A stretch of DNA of 64,000 nucleotides from Candidatus Parcubacteria bacterium (GTDB lineage Bacteria; Patescibacteriota; Minisyncoccia; UBA6257; HR35). The position numbers and the translations under genes are program-made. Location: positions 496,527-560,526 of the forward strand of contig BPJG01000001.1 in assembly GCA_026004495.1 (NCBI GenBank), in the 5' to 3' direction. Shown here in pieces: positions 50,621 to 60,821 of the stretch; positions within the stretch are counted from its first letter, which is position 1, and each line of letters opens with the position of its first letter. The notes under the pieces are model-generated. The model searched no databases. It had not been told where the DNA came from and saw only the letters and a program-made list of their open reading frames with translations.

Positions 50621-52135
50621 ATGACAAAAGAAAATTCAAAAAGAAAATTTTTCATTTATGTCCGCAAGTCAACTGACTCAGAAGACAGACAAGTAAGAAG
50701 TATTCAGGACCAAATTGCGGAACTCAAGGAATTGGGGAAAAAAGGAAAATTTAGAAATCGTTGATATTTTGATTGAAAAACAAACCGCTAAAATTCCCGG
50801 AAGGCCAGTTTTTAATGAAATGCTGAAAAGAATTCAATCAGGCGAAGCGTCTGGATCCTGACCGGCTTGCTCGTAATTCTATTGACGACGGGCAAATTAT
50901 TTATCTTTTGGATACCGAAATTATCAAAGAGTTAAAATTTCCTACTTTTTGGTTTGAGAATACGCCACAAGGAAAGTTTATGTTATCTATCGCTTTTGGC
51001 CAATCAAAATACTATATTGATAATCTTTCAGAAAATATCAAAAGGGGACATCGGCAAAAATTAAAACAAGGTTTATGGCCCCAAATGGCGCCTCTTGGTT
51101 ATCTCAACGATACAAAAACAAAACAAATTTATGTTGATAAAGAAAAAGCACCGCTTATTAAAAAGGCGTTTGAACTTTACGCTACTGGAAAATATACCTT
51201 GAAAGAAATTAGAAAAATCATTAACGATTTGGGGTTGCGGGGAAGAAAAAATAAACCTCTTTCAACTTCAAATTGTTAATATCTTTTACAAAATCCTTTT
51301 TATTACGGAGTGATGAGATACAACGGCGAATACTACGAAGGAAGGCACGAACCGATTATTACAAAGAAACTTTTTGATGATGTTCAGGAAGTAATGAAAC
51401 AAAAATCAAAACCGCAAAAACCAGACAAAATGAAATTTTTTCTTTATCGCGGATTATTTCGTTGTGGAGAATGCAGTTATGCCATTACCGCGGACAGAAA
51501 AATCAAAAAGAGCGGGAAACAATACACCTATTACTATTGCACCAAGAAAAACCCAAATCATAAATGCTCGCAAAATGTTTTTACCAGAGAAGAAAAAATT
51601 TTATCCCAAATCAATGAAGTGCTACAAAAAGTTTCTTTATCTAATGATTGGGCTGATTGGATGATAAAAAAACTTGAAAGAGAAAAAGAAGAAAAAGTCC
51701 AATCATCACGCTTTTTTGCTCAAAAGATTGAAAGCGAAATAAAGGAGATTGACGAGAAGTTGGAAAAGTTAATGACTGCCTACCTTGAAAATGCTTTGTC
51801 TTTAGAATAATACCGAGAAACCAAAAATAAACTTATTAATCAAAAACAACTCCTGAAAGATAAACTAATCGCTTTTGAGCAAAAAAGCAATAATCGGTTC
51901 GAACTCGCCATAAAATTCATAAATTCCTTAAAACAAAGCCAGATTATCGCTTTGCAAGAAAATCACGAGCAAAGCCGGGATTTTCTAAAAAAGATTAGTT
52001 CGAACTTTCTTTTGAGCGGGCAGAAATTGTTTTTTTTATTTCAAAAATCCGTATAAAATCGTGGCTTCTGCCGAGCCCGAGCGAAGCGAGGGCGAGGCAA
52101 TACCTTCTCAAAATCATGAAATCGTAAAATGGCGG
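50621..52135 (+). pseudogene. large serine recombinase (resolvase + recombinase + Zn ribbon), inactivated
   Basis: MTKENSKRKFFIYVRKSTDSEDRQ..SI..Q, GRP.F, PDRLARN, APLGY, NPFYYG, HEPII, CGEC..YYYC. Frameshifts near 50740 and 50855; in-frame TAA at 51277 and 51808. Confidence 0.9.
52001..52135 (+). repeat. repeat B copy 2 (3' end of the recombinase, attR-like arm)
   Basis: Reverse complement of 50387-50521; abuts tRNA-Ser. Confidence 0.92.
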
Positions 52136-52219
52136 AAGGGGTGGGATTCGAACCCACGAGGCCCCAGAAGAGGCCACGGCTCTCCAGGCCGTTCCGTTAA
52201 TCCACTCCGGCACCCTTCC
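52130..52219 (-). tRNA. tRNA-Ser (GGA)
   Basis: Acceptor GGAAGGG/CCCTTCC, G discriminator, CCA; anticodon arm ACGGC-CTGGAGA-GCCGT; long variable arm; GGTTCGAATCC. Confidence 0.96.
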
Positions 52220-52442
52220 AAGATATACTAGAATAATAAGGCTAAATATTTAAAAAAATAAATTCATAATTATTAATTCATTAATTAAAATTTATTTTAT
52301 TATAATATTAGGATAATATAATTATAACAAATAAAACTACAAAGATAATTTTTTATATTAATTTATGAGCTATGAATAAATTTTTGATTAAAATTTATTT
52401 TTTTATTAAGAAGCATTTTAAAGCAAAAGCAAAAATTAAAAA

Positions 52443-53300
52443 ATGGAAATTAAAAGATTTATATTAATAACAACAGTTTTTATCCTGGGTATTATTTCAA
52501 TATTTTTTGTTTTTTCAATAAAAAATCATAAAGAATTTATAGCTCCTAAGATTGGTGTTACTATTTATCCCCTTTATGATGTTGTTAAAGAAATTGTTGG
52601 TGATAAATATGAGGTTGTTTTAATTGTCCCTCCTGGCGCTGAACCTCATAATTATGAATTGAAAATAGAAGATGTTAAAAAACTTCGAGGCATTAAAATA
52701 GTTTTTGCTAATGGTTTAGGAATTGATGATTGGACAGAAAATTTAATTAAAAATTTTAAAGATGTAAAAATAATTTACTTATATCAAAGTGTTGATTTAA
52801 TTGATCAGGATCCTCATTTTTGGCTTTCTTTAGAAAATATGAAAAAAATTGCGAAGATTGTCGAAAAAGAAATGGAAAACTTTGATAAAAAAAATAGAGA
52901 GTATTATCAAGAAAATTTAGATAAAGTTTTAGAGAAAATAGAAAATCTACAAACAGAAGCAAAACAAACAGTTTTTTCAAATAAATTCATTATTACCCAA
53001 CACAATGCTTTTAATTACTTAGCTAAGGAATTAAATTTAAATGTCGCCGGTTATTTAGAAGGAGAAAACAAAGAATTAACCCCAGCTGACCTTTCACAAT
53101 TAATTAATAAAATAAAAATTTTAAATATAAAAGTGATTTTTAAAGAGCCAGGAGAAGAGAATAATCTTTTGAAAACAATAGCCCAGGAATATAATTTAAA
53201 AATCTATGAATTAGATTCAATTGAAGGCAAAAGTGGTTTAAACTATTTTGACGCTTATAGAAAAAATATAGAAACTCTAAAATTTATACAAAACGAATAA
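52443..53300 (+). CDS. znuA: metal (Zn/Mn) ABC transporter substrate-binding protein
   Basis: PPGAEPHNYE, NGLG, DPHFWL, HNAFNY. Confidence 0.85.
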   Translation: MEIKRFILITTVFILGIISIFFVFSIKNHKEFIAPKIGVTIYPLYDVVKEIVGDKYEVVLIVPPGAEPHNYELKIEDVKKLRGIKIVFANGLGIDDWTENLIKNFKDVKIIYLYQSVDLIDQDPHFWLSLENMKKIAKIVEKEMENFDKKNREYYQENLDKVLEKIENLQTEAKQTVFSNKFIITQHNAFNYLAKELNLNVAGYLEGENKELTPADLSQLINKIKILNIKVIFKEPGEENNLLKTIAQEYNLKIYELDSIEGKSGLNYFDAYRKNIETLKFIQNE

Positions 53301-53571
53301 AACTTATATAACACTAATCGCAAGGAAATTATTTATAAGTTACACTAATTTTTATAAATATTTTAGAAATTTTACCTCGAACGGTGCCTTATAATAGAAA
53401 AGAGTATAATTTAGATGTATTCTGTTTTGGTTCTTGTTTGTGATTTGTTATATAATTAGTTGTATTATTTTATTTAATGGTTATTATAATTACCTAAGTG
53501 GTAATATTTACCATCTAACAGATTAAGTATATAATTCAATATCATATTTTAACCTATGCTAAAATTTAATT

Positions 53572-54288
53572 ATGAATGCTTTAGAGGTAAAAAATTTGAT
53601 TGTTAAGATTGGGGAACAAGAAATTATTAGAAATATTAGTTTCGTTTTGCCTGAAGGAACAATTACTGCCTTAATTGGTCCAAATGGAGCTGGTAAATCT
53701 GTCTTATTAAAAACAATTCTCGGTCTTTTTCCTTATTATGGAGAAATAAAAATTTTTGGTGAAAATCATTTAAAAATGCTAAATTTTGTTGGTTATGTGC
53801 CTCAAAATTACACACTTGATCCCATTTTGCCCTTAACAGTTTTTGAATTTTTAAAATTTAGTAATAGAGATAAAAATAAAATTAACGCGGCATTAAAAGA
53901 AACTGATATCTATGAATTAAAAAATAGAAACTTAGTTCAATTATCAGGAGGTCAACTACAAAGAGTCTTATTTGCTCGTGCAATCCTAAACGAACCAAAA
54001 ATTTTACTTTTAGATGAGCCAGTTTCTGAAACAGATATTGTGGGTAAAAAAGAATTTTATGAAATAATTAAATACTTAAATCAAGAAAAAAAAGTAACTA
54101 TTTTGATTACCAGCCATGAAATTACTATTATCCATACCTTTGCTCAAAGAGTTTTGTGTTTAAATAGATCTTTAGTTTGTGTTGGATCAATAACTGAACT
54201 TTTTAAAGAAGAAATTTTAAAACAACTTTATCAGAGAGATATTTTTGTTTATCCCTTCAATCGTCCAAATACAAATACAAATGAATAA
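53572..54288 (+). CDS. znuC: metal ABC transporter ATP-binding protein
   Basis: GPNGAGKS, GYVPQ, LSGGQLQR, LLLDEP, SH. Confidence 0.85.
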   Translation: MNALEVKNLIVKIGEQEIIRNISFVLPEGTITALIGPNGAGKSVLLKTILGLFPYYGEIKIFGENHLKMLNFVGYVPQNYTLDPILPLTVFEFLKFSNRDKNKINAALKETDIYELKNRNLVQLSGGQLQRVLFARAILNEPKILLLDEPVSETDIVGKKEFYEIIKYLNQEKKVTILITSHEITIIHTFAQRVLCLNRSLVCVGSITELFKEEILKQLYQRDIFVYPFNRPNTNTNE

Positions 54289-54386
54289 TTACTATAATCT
54301 TAAATTATTGTCTGCTTTCAGTCCGCGTAATTCTGCATTAAAATTAAATTGTCTGCGTAAGTCTGCGTATAATCTGGTTATAAAAT

Positions 54387-55190
54387 ATGAATTTATTTGA
54401 ATATCCATTTTTATTAAAATCATTAATTATTAGTTTTTGGTTAGGTATTGTTTTTGCCTTATTAGGTATTTTTGTTTTTATTAAAAGAATGTCTTTTTTT
54501 AGTGATGGAATTGCTCATTCATCTATTTTAGGTTTAGCGATAGCTTTTTTATTAAATTCTAATATATTACTTTTTGCCCTTTTAAATGGTGTTATTTTTT
54601 CACTTTTAATCTATTATTTAGAAAGAAAAACAAAAATTCATTCTGATACTTTAATAGGTCTTGTCTTTGTTTCTTCTTTATCCTTAGGATTGATACTTAT
54701 GTCATTAAAATCTTCTTATCAACCAGAACTTTTAAATTTTCTAATTGGTAATATTTTAACAATTAGTAATTTTGATTTTGTTTTGACAATAATTTTTTCT
54801 GTTTTAGTTTTAACTTTTATTATTTGTCAATTTCCCAAAATAATTTTAGCCCTTTTAGATCCCGTTGAGGCAAGATTAAGAAAAATAAATGTTAATCTTT
54901 ATGAGTTTTTGTTTTATTTAATTTTAGGTATTAGTGTAATTTTAGGTATTAAATTAGTTGGCGTTATCTTAATAACCGCCTTTTTAATTTTACCAGCTGC
55001 AACTTCATCTTTGGTCTCTTCATCCTTTAAAAGTTTTATTTATTTAAGCATTATCTTTGCTTTATTTAATGTTGTTTTTGGTTTTTTAATTTCTAATTTT
55101 TATAATTTTCCCTTGGGAGCAAGTATTGTTCTTTCTGGTTTTTTTATATTTTTCAATCTCTTTTTAATAAAGAATTTTTTAAATAAGTAA
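54387..55190 (+). CDS. znuB: metal ABC transporter permease
   Basis: RMSFFSDGIAH, D..IG, LIGNIL, VGVILI..FLILPAA. Confidence 0.85.
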   Translation: MNLFEYPFLLKSLIISFWLGIVFALLGIFVFIKRMSFFSDGIAHSSILGLAIAFLLNSNILLFALLNGVIFSLLIYYLERKTKIHSDTLIGLVFVSSLSLGLILMSLKSSYQPELLNFLIGNILTISNFDFVLTIIFSVLVLTFIICQFPKIILALLDPVEARLRKINVNLYEFLFYLILGISVILGIKLVGVILITAFLILPAATSSLVSSSFKSFIYLSIIFALFNVVFGFLISNFYNFPLGASIVLSGFFIFFNLFLIKNFLNK

Positions 55191-55214
55191 AAAAATATTA
55201 TTTTTAATAATTTG

Positions 55215-55287
55215 AGCGGTGGACGGGATTCGAACCCGCGACCTTCTGCTTGGAAGGCAGACGTTCTACCAACTGAACTACCACCGC
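55215..55287 (-). tRNA. tRNA-Gly (TCC)
   Basis: Acceptor GCGGTGG/CCACCGC, U discriminator; anticodon arm TCTGC-CTTCCAA-GCAGA; GGTTCGAATCC. Confidence 0.96.
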
Positions 55288-55357
55288 TTATTTAAAATAA
55301 AATATATTATAAGTTAATTTAGAAAATATTTAAAGATAAAAAATTTGTTAATTTAAA

Positions 55358-55386
55358 TTGACTAAAACTAAATTACTTGATAAAAT
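55358..55386 (+). promoter_or_regulatory. sigma70 promoter with extended -10
   Basis: TTGACT-17 nt-TAAAAT, with TG one base before the -10. Confidence 0.55.
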
Positions 55387-55443
55387 ATTTTTAGGCGACT
55401 ATTATAAAGTTAAGTTTTAAAATTACTTTCTCTAATAAAAAAA

Positions 55444-56502
55444 ATGAAAGAATTACTTTATGAAACCCTTGATGATTTAATATCTAATTTAGACCTAAGA
55501 CAAAAAGATATTTTTAAAAAAAGATTTGGTTTAGATGATAAACAATATACTTTAGCAGAATTAGGAAGAAATTATAACTTAACTCGTGAAAGAATTAGAC
55601 AAATTCAAAGCAATATTTTAAAAAATATACACGAAAAAATTTATAGCCATAATTTTCTTCAAAAAGATTTCCTCTATCATTTAAATAAATATTTAGGTAA
55701 TCTAAAAATTAAAAGATTGGAATATATAAAATTAAAGTTTAAAGAAAATTATAATTTTGATTTAGGAGAATTAAAAATTTTAGAATTATTTTTAAGAATT
55801 CACCCTCAAGTTTATTTATTCGAGGAAAATGAAATCTATAATAATTTTATTTATTTGCAAGAAGAATATTTTAGAAATCTAAATAATTTTACTAAACATA
55901 TTATAAATTTTTTTGATAAAGAAAAAGTTATATCCGAAATAGAATTCTTAGAATTTTTAAAAGGGGAGATCTTTAATCATTTCAAAATTGAAACTGGCAT
56001 AGATGAAATATATGAATTTATAAGATTATTTAAAATAATTAGAAAAAATCCTTTCAATGAATTTGGATATATAAAGAATAAAAGAATTTTACCATCCTCA
56101 TTAATCGATAAAATAAGATTAATTTTATCTTTTGAAAAAAGGCCACTTTCTTTTTATGAAATTTATAAAAAACTTAATGAAATTAACAAAATTGACGATG
56201 AATTTATTCATCAAGTGTGGAAGAAAAAATATTCCTTAAGAACAGTTCATTATATTTTAAATAGTTATAAAAAAGAATTTGTTTTAGTAGGTAGAGGAGT
56301 TTATACTCTTAAAGATTGTGGTATAAAAGAAGGAAAATTAATTGATATTATCACTGAATTAGTAAAAGAAAATAATGGTTTATCGTTGGATGACCTGTTA
56401 GATAATCTAAAAAAACAACAGAGAATTTTTTCTAAAAATACCTTCTTAATTTATGTTTATAGAAATTTTAGAGTAATTAATGGTAGGGTTTATTTAAGAT
56501 GA
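55444..56502 (+). CDS. sigma70 region 4-like HTH protein with C-terminal winged-helix domains
   Basis: RFGL..YTLAELG..LTRERIRQI; RPLSFYEI, TVH..L..FVLVGRGVY.L, an architecture common in CPR. Confidence 0.75.
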   Translation: MKELLYETLDDLISNLDLRQKDIFKKRFGLDDKQYTLAELGRNYNLTRERIRQIQSNILKNIHEKIYSHNFLQKDFLYHLNKYLGNLKIKRLEYIKLKFKENYNFDLGELKILELFLRIHPQVYLFEENEIYNNFIYLQEEYFRNLNNFTKHIINFFDKEKVISEIEFLEFLKGEIFNHFKIETGIDEIYEFIRLFKIIRKNPFNEFGYIKNKRILPSSLIDKIRLILSFEKRPLSFYEIYKKLNEINKIDDEFIHQVWKKKYSLRTVHYILNSYKKEFVLVGRGVYTLKDCGIKEGKLIDIITELVKENNGLSLDDLLDNLKKQQRIFSKNTFLIYVYRNFRVINGRVYLR

Positions 56503-57821
56503 TAGATTATTTGAGATTTATAATTGGCTTTCTATTTTCTGTTTGGTGGCTTATTTTGCCTTTAATTTTATGGTATATAGTAAAAGAAAAACATTTAATC
56601 ACTAAAAGAATTACTTATCGTGCTAAAATTCAATGGATTTTTTTAGAAATTAAAATTCCCGAATTTGTTAAAAAAACTCCTTCAGCAATGGAGGAAATAT
56701 TTTATTCTCTTCATGCAATTTATAGAGGTGGAGATCTTTATTCAAAATATATTTTAGGTTTTACCCCACCTTTTTATGTTTTTGAATTTATTGGTCATAA
56801 TGGAAAATTAAGATTTATTATTCGGTGTCATAAAAATTTAAAAGATTTTGTTACGAGTCGAATATATTCTCAATATCCATCTGCCTTAATCGAAGAGGTT
56901 GAGGATCCGTTAAGGGACTTGCCTTGGAAAATTCCCAATCCTACCTATAATGTTTTTGGAACTGAATTTACTTTTACTAAAAAAGAAGATGACAAATTAA
57001 CGCCTAAGAATTATTATCCGATAAAAACATATAAAGTTTGGGAAAATCTTAAAGACGAAGAAAAAATTGACCCCATTTCTGTTTTTTCTGAAGGCGTCTC
57101 ATATTTAACTGATCAAGAATGGATAATTTTACAAATTATGGCTATGCCTGTGTTAGGCAGTGATAAAGAATTTGGAGTAGAATGGCAAATTAGAGGTACT
57201 AAAGAAATTAATAAAATAATGGGAAGAAAAGAAAAAACTGAACCGTCTCCCTTTGAATATATTGGTGAATTTATTAAAAATTTGCTTTTAGCATTTGCAG
57301 GTCAAAAAATTGAATGGAAAGTTGGAAAAGAAGATCAAAAAAGTGAAGATGTATCTATATTAAAATTATCTCCCGGAGAAAGAGAAGCTATTGAGTCAAT
57401 AGAAAGAAAAATTTCTAAACCTGGTTATTGGTGCGTAGTAAGATTTTCATATGTTGCTAAAAATGATGTTTTTTCTAAAAATATTGATAAAAATGTTGCT
57501 TTAGTTATGGGAACATTAAAAGTTTTTGATAATCCAAGTGGTAATGGTATAGTTAGAGATACTAAAACCATTACAAGTATTGATAGGCCAATTTCTGGCA
57601 AGGTTCCTTATTATAATGAAAAAATATTTTTTAGAAAAAGATTTATTTGGCTTTATACCAAAGGAAGATTTCCAAGTGACTTTAGCTCAAATAGAATTAT
57701 TTTAAATACCGAAGAAATAGCCTCTATTTATCATATACCCCAAGATGTTGGTCCTTATTATGGTATTGAAAAAATTCCTACTAAATATATACCTCCCAGC
57801 TCAGAGGTACCTGAGTTTTAA
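56499..57821 (+). CDS. conserved CPR-type membrane-anchored hypothetical protein
   Basis: LEIKIP..KTP.AME, IYSQYP..IEEV.D, YPIKTY, ILNTEEIASIYH.P. Confidence 0.65.
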   Translation: MIDYLRFIIGFLFSVWWLILPLILWYIVKEKHLITKRITYRAKIQWIFLEIKIPEFVKKTPSAMEEIFYSLHAIYRGGDLYSKYILGFTPPFYVFEFIGHNGKLRFIIRCHKNLKDFVTSRIYSQYPSALIEEVEDPLRDLPWKIPNPTYNVFGTEFTFTKKEDDKLTPKNYYPIKTYKVWENLKDEEKIDPISVFSEGVSYLTDQEWIILQIMAMPVLGSDKEFGVEWQIRGTKEINKIMGRKEKTEPSPFEYIGEFIKNLLLAFAGQKIEWKVGKEDQKSEDVSILKLSPGEREAIESIERKISKPGYWCVVRFSYVAKNDVFSKNIDKNVALVMGTLKVFDNPSGNGIVRDTKTITSIDRPISGKVPYYNEKIFFRKRFIWLYTKGRFPSDFSSNRIILNTEEIASIYHIPQDVGPYYGIEKIPTKYIPPSSEVPEF

Positions 57822-59644
57822 ATATTACTTAAAGAACCTTTATCTTCTCCAATTATTCTTTTGAATTGATTTTTTTCTATGGTTTCTTTTTTATATAAAA
57901 TCTTAGACAATTTTTCTAATTTATCTTTTTTTATTTCTAATACTTTTCTTGCTCTTTGCAAAGAGTGATTAAGAATATTTTTAATTTCTTGATCAATTTC
58001 CTCTGCAGTTTTTTCTGAATAATCTTTTTCAACTAAATATTCTTTATAACCATAAATAAGTTCTTGCTTTGAACCTAAGCTTATTGGTCCAAATTTTTCT
58101 GACATTCCATAATTAGTAATTAATTCTTTGGCTAGATTTGTAGCAATTTTAAGATCTGAGCTAGCTCCAGTGGTTACATCTCCAAAAATAATTTGCTCAG
58201 CAGCATACCCTCCTAAAATACTTGCTAATTCATCTAAAAATTCTTTTTTGAAATAAAAAGATTTTTCTTCTAAAGGTATTTTTAGAGTGTAACCTCCAGC
58301 TCTACCTCTGGCAATGATTGAAATTTTTTGAACTGGTGAAGAATTTGGTAGATAATGAGCCACAATAGCATGACCTGCTTCGTGATAGGCAGCTATTAGT
58401 TTTTCTTTTTTGGAATATACTTTTGATTTTCTTTCGGGTCCTAATAATATTTTTTCAACCGCAAAAATTAAATCTTCTTGCTCTATTTGATTTTTGTTAT
58501 TTTTAGCTGCTAAAATAGCTGCCTCATTACATAAATTAGCTAAATCAGCCCCTGAAAAACCAGGAGTTCTTTCTGCTATTTCTTTAATATCAATCTTACC
58601 AACTCTTTTATTTCTTAAATGAATTTTCAAAATTTCCTCTCTTTCTGAAACAGAGGGTAGCTCTAAAAAGACTTTTCTATCAAATCTTCCTGGTCTCAAA
58701 AGAGCAGGATCTAAGACATCTGGCCTGTTTGTTGCTGCTAAGACAACAAGAGGAATTTCTTTTTCAAATCCGTCCATTTCTGATAATAATTGATTTAGGG
58801 TTTGCTCTCTTTCTTCATGGGCTCCAGTAATTCCTATTCCTCTTATTCTACCTATTGAATCTATTTCGTCAATAAATAGTATAGAAGGAGCTGTTTTTTT
58901 GGCAATAGAAAAAGCGTCTCTTATTCTACTTGCTCCAATACCTACAAATAATTCAATAAATTCAGAGCCAGAAATATAAAAAAATTGAACTCCAGCCTCT
59001 GCTGCTGTTGCTTTGGCTAATAAAGTTTTTCCTGTTCCAGGAGGTCCAACCAATAAAACACCCTTTGGTACCCTTGCTCCTAATGATAAAAATTTCTGAG
59101 GATTTTTTAAGAAATCAATTATTTCTTTCAATTCTTCTTTTGCTTCTTTTAAGCCAGCAACATCATCGAAAGTTATTTTTTCTTTACGTGGATCATAAGT
59201 TCTAATACTTGAGCGAGAAAAAGAAAATATTTGACCTGCACCTTTTTGGGCTTGCGAAAACATATACCAGAATAACCAAATAATTAATATTACCGGCAAT
59301 AAATTAACAATTAACATCATTATTAATTCTTGATAACTTTTATCACTAGAAGTTATTTTTAGATTTAGCAAACTTGTGGTTGTAATATTTAAATCTTTAG
59401 CTATTTGCCAAAAGGTTAAATTGTTTTCTTTATTAACTCTTAAAATACTATTATCATAAGTTTCAATAATTATATTAGTGGGATTAATAATTAGTTGTTT
59501 AACTTTATTATTTTCAATTAATTCTTTTAATTCAAGAAAAGAGATATTTTTAATTACTTTTTGAGCAAAAAAAGAAGAAAAAATAAAAAAACCGATTATT
59601 GTTACAATAAATATGGTAATATAACGAATAATTTTTTTATCCAT
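57818..59644 (-). CDS. ftsH: ATP-dependent zinc metalloprotease FtsH
   Basis: Two TM, GPPGTGKT, FIDEID, ATNRPDVLDPALLRPGRFDR, HEAGH. Confidence 0.97.
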   Translation of the reverse strand: MDKKIIRYITIFIVTIIGFFIFSSFFAQKVIKNISFLELKELIENNKVKQLIINPTNIIIETYDNSILRVNKENNLTFWQIAKDLNITTTSLLNLKITSSDKSYQELIMMLIVNLLPVILIIWLFWYMFSQAQKGAGQIFSFSRSSIRTYDPRKEKITFDDVAGLKEAKEELKEIIDFLKNPQKFLSLGARVPKGVLLVGPPGTGKTLLAKATAAEAGVQFFYISGSEFIELFVGIGASRIRDAFSIAKKTAPSILFIDEIDSIGRIRGIGITGAHEEREQTLNQLLSEMDGFEKEIPLVVLAATNRPDVLDPALLRPGRFDRKVFLELPSVSEREEILKIHLRNKRVGKIDIKEIAERTPGFSGADLANLCNEAAILAAKNNKNQIEQEDLIFAVEKILLGPERKSKVYSKKEKLIAAYHEAGHAIVAHYLPNSSPVQKISIIARGRAGGYTLKIPLEEKSFYFKKEFLDELASILGGYAAEQIIFGDVTTGASSDLKIATNLAKELITNYGMSEKFGPISLGSKQELIYGYKEYLVEKDYSEKTAEEIDQEIKNILNHSLQRARKVLEIKKDKLEKLSKILYKKETIEKNQFKRIIGEDKGSLSNI

Positions 59645-59696
59645 TAGATATTATAAATTTAGAGTAAATTATCGAAAAATAATTTATTAATTTTAA

Positions 59697-60761
59697 TTAA
59701 TTTACTAAATCTAAAATTAATTTTTTATCTTGAAATTCCAGCTTGCTTATTTTAAATCTATAAGATTTTCCAACTTCGATTATATCTAAATTATTTAAGG
59801 TTATTCCTCTAACCCCATTAGTTTCTATAGTCGCAAAAATGTCATTATTTTTTTCTAAAACTAAACCCTCAACAATATCACCCTCTTTATATGTTTCAAT
59901 GAATTTTAACCAAGTATCATCAGCAAGATATTTTAAACTTAGATTAACTTTAGTATTTTCTATTTTAATAATTTGAGCCTTAATTTTTTCTCCAACTTTA
60001 AAAATTTCTTCAAAATTTTTAAATTTTTCTGGAATTTCTGTAATATGAATTAATCCATCTATTTGGGGATTATCATGTATTTTTACGAAGATACCAAAAG
60101 AACTTACACCTATTATTTCAACCTCAATAATTTGACCAATAGAAAATTTTGATAGAGTCTCTTTATATTCTTTTAATTTTGTAATTCGTTCTGAAAGAAT
60201 TAATTTATCATTACTAGGATCAAAGCTAATAATTTTTAATTTAATTTTTTTTCCTACAAATTTATTTAAGTGTTCTAATATTTTATTCTTATCGTTTTCA
60301 TTTACCCGAGGATAATTTTCGGCAGCTAATTGTGATACAGGAACAAAACCCTTAATGCCTTCTAATTCAACGATTAACCCTCCCTTATTAGCTTCCTTAA
60401 CTTCTAATTCAATTATTTCGTTGTTATTTATTAATTCTTTTATTTTTTGCCAATTATTAACATTTTGATAATTTTGAATTTCTACTTCAAAATTTCCATA
60501 TCCATCATCTAAGCCAACTATTTTTGCAAAGACTTCATCGCCTTCGTTTAATTTATTAATTAAATCTTTATTTCTTAAATAAAAAATACCATACAACCTT
60601 CCAATGCCATAAGGAGATAAATCAATAAATACTTCTTTTGATTTTTTCTTTATTATTTTACCTTTAATAATACTACCTTCTTCTATTTTTTTTATCTTAT
60701 TAAAAGAAATATCGCTTGTTGTCAATTGGGTTGTTGATTGGTTTTGAATAATTTCATTCAT
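59697..60761 (-). CDS. rpsA: 30S ribosomal protein S1 (short form)
   Basis: S1 repeats: ANKGGL..GFVPVSQL, FGIFV..DGLIHITEI, LSLK. Confidence 0.88.
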   Translation of the reverse strand: MNEIIQNQSTTQLTTSDISFNKIKKIEEGSIIKGKIIKKKSKEVFIDLSPYGIGRLYGIFYLRNKDLINKLNEGDEVFAKIVGLDDGYGNFEVEIQNYQNVNNWQKIKELINNNEIIELEVKEANKGGLIVELEGIKGFVPVSQLAAENYPRVNENDKNKILEHLNKFVGKKIKLKIISFDPSNDKLILSERITKLKEYKETLSKFSIGQIIEVEIIGVSSFGIFVKIHDNPQIDGLIHITEIPEKFKNFEEIFKVGEKIKAQIIKIENTKVNLSLKYLADDTWLKFIETYKEGDIVEGLVLEKNNDIFATIETNGVRGITLNNLDIIEVGKSYRFKISKLEFQDKKLILDLVN

Positions 60762-60821
60762 TTTTATGCTATAATTTTAAAAATAAAAATTAATTTTAAA
60801 AGTTAATTATACTTCAAAAAA

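Larger units (their letters stand above)
48498..52135. mobile_element. integrated element at the tRNA-Ser 3' end: serine recombinase pseudogene plus TrpRS cargo
   Basis: 11-bp direct repeat TAAAATGGCGG at 48498-48508 and 52125-52135 (the latter overlapping the tRNA CCA end); sharp GC rise relative to the flanks; recombinase remnant inside. Confidence 0.85.

Noticed and set aside
50276-50655. ORFs 50276..50545 and 50395..50655
   Set aside because: Read through repeats A'/B' and the recombinase start; no independent coding signal.
50908-51810. Two separate recombinase genes, or stop-codon recoding
   Set aside because: They are fragments of one pseudogene: the lesions include frameshifts and TAA stops, and TAA/TGA end normal genes elsewhere, so no alternative genetic code is needed.
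51995-52213. 72-aa ORF MPEWINGTAWRAV...
   Set aside because: It is a translation of tRNA-Ser plus repeat B.
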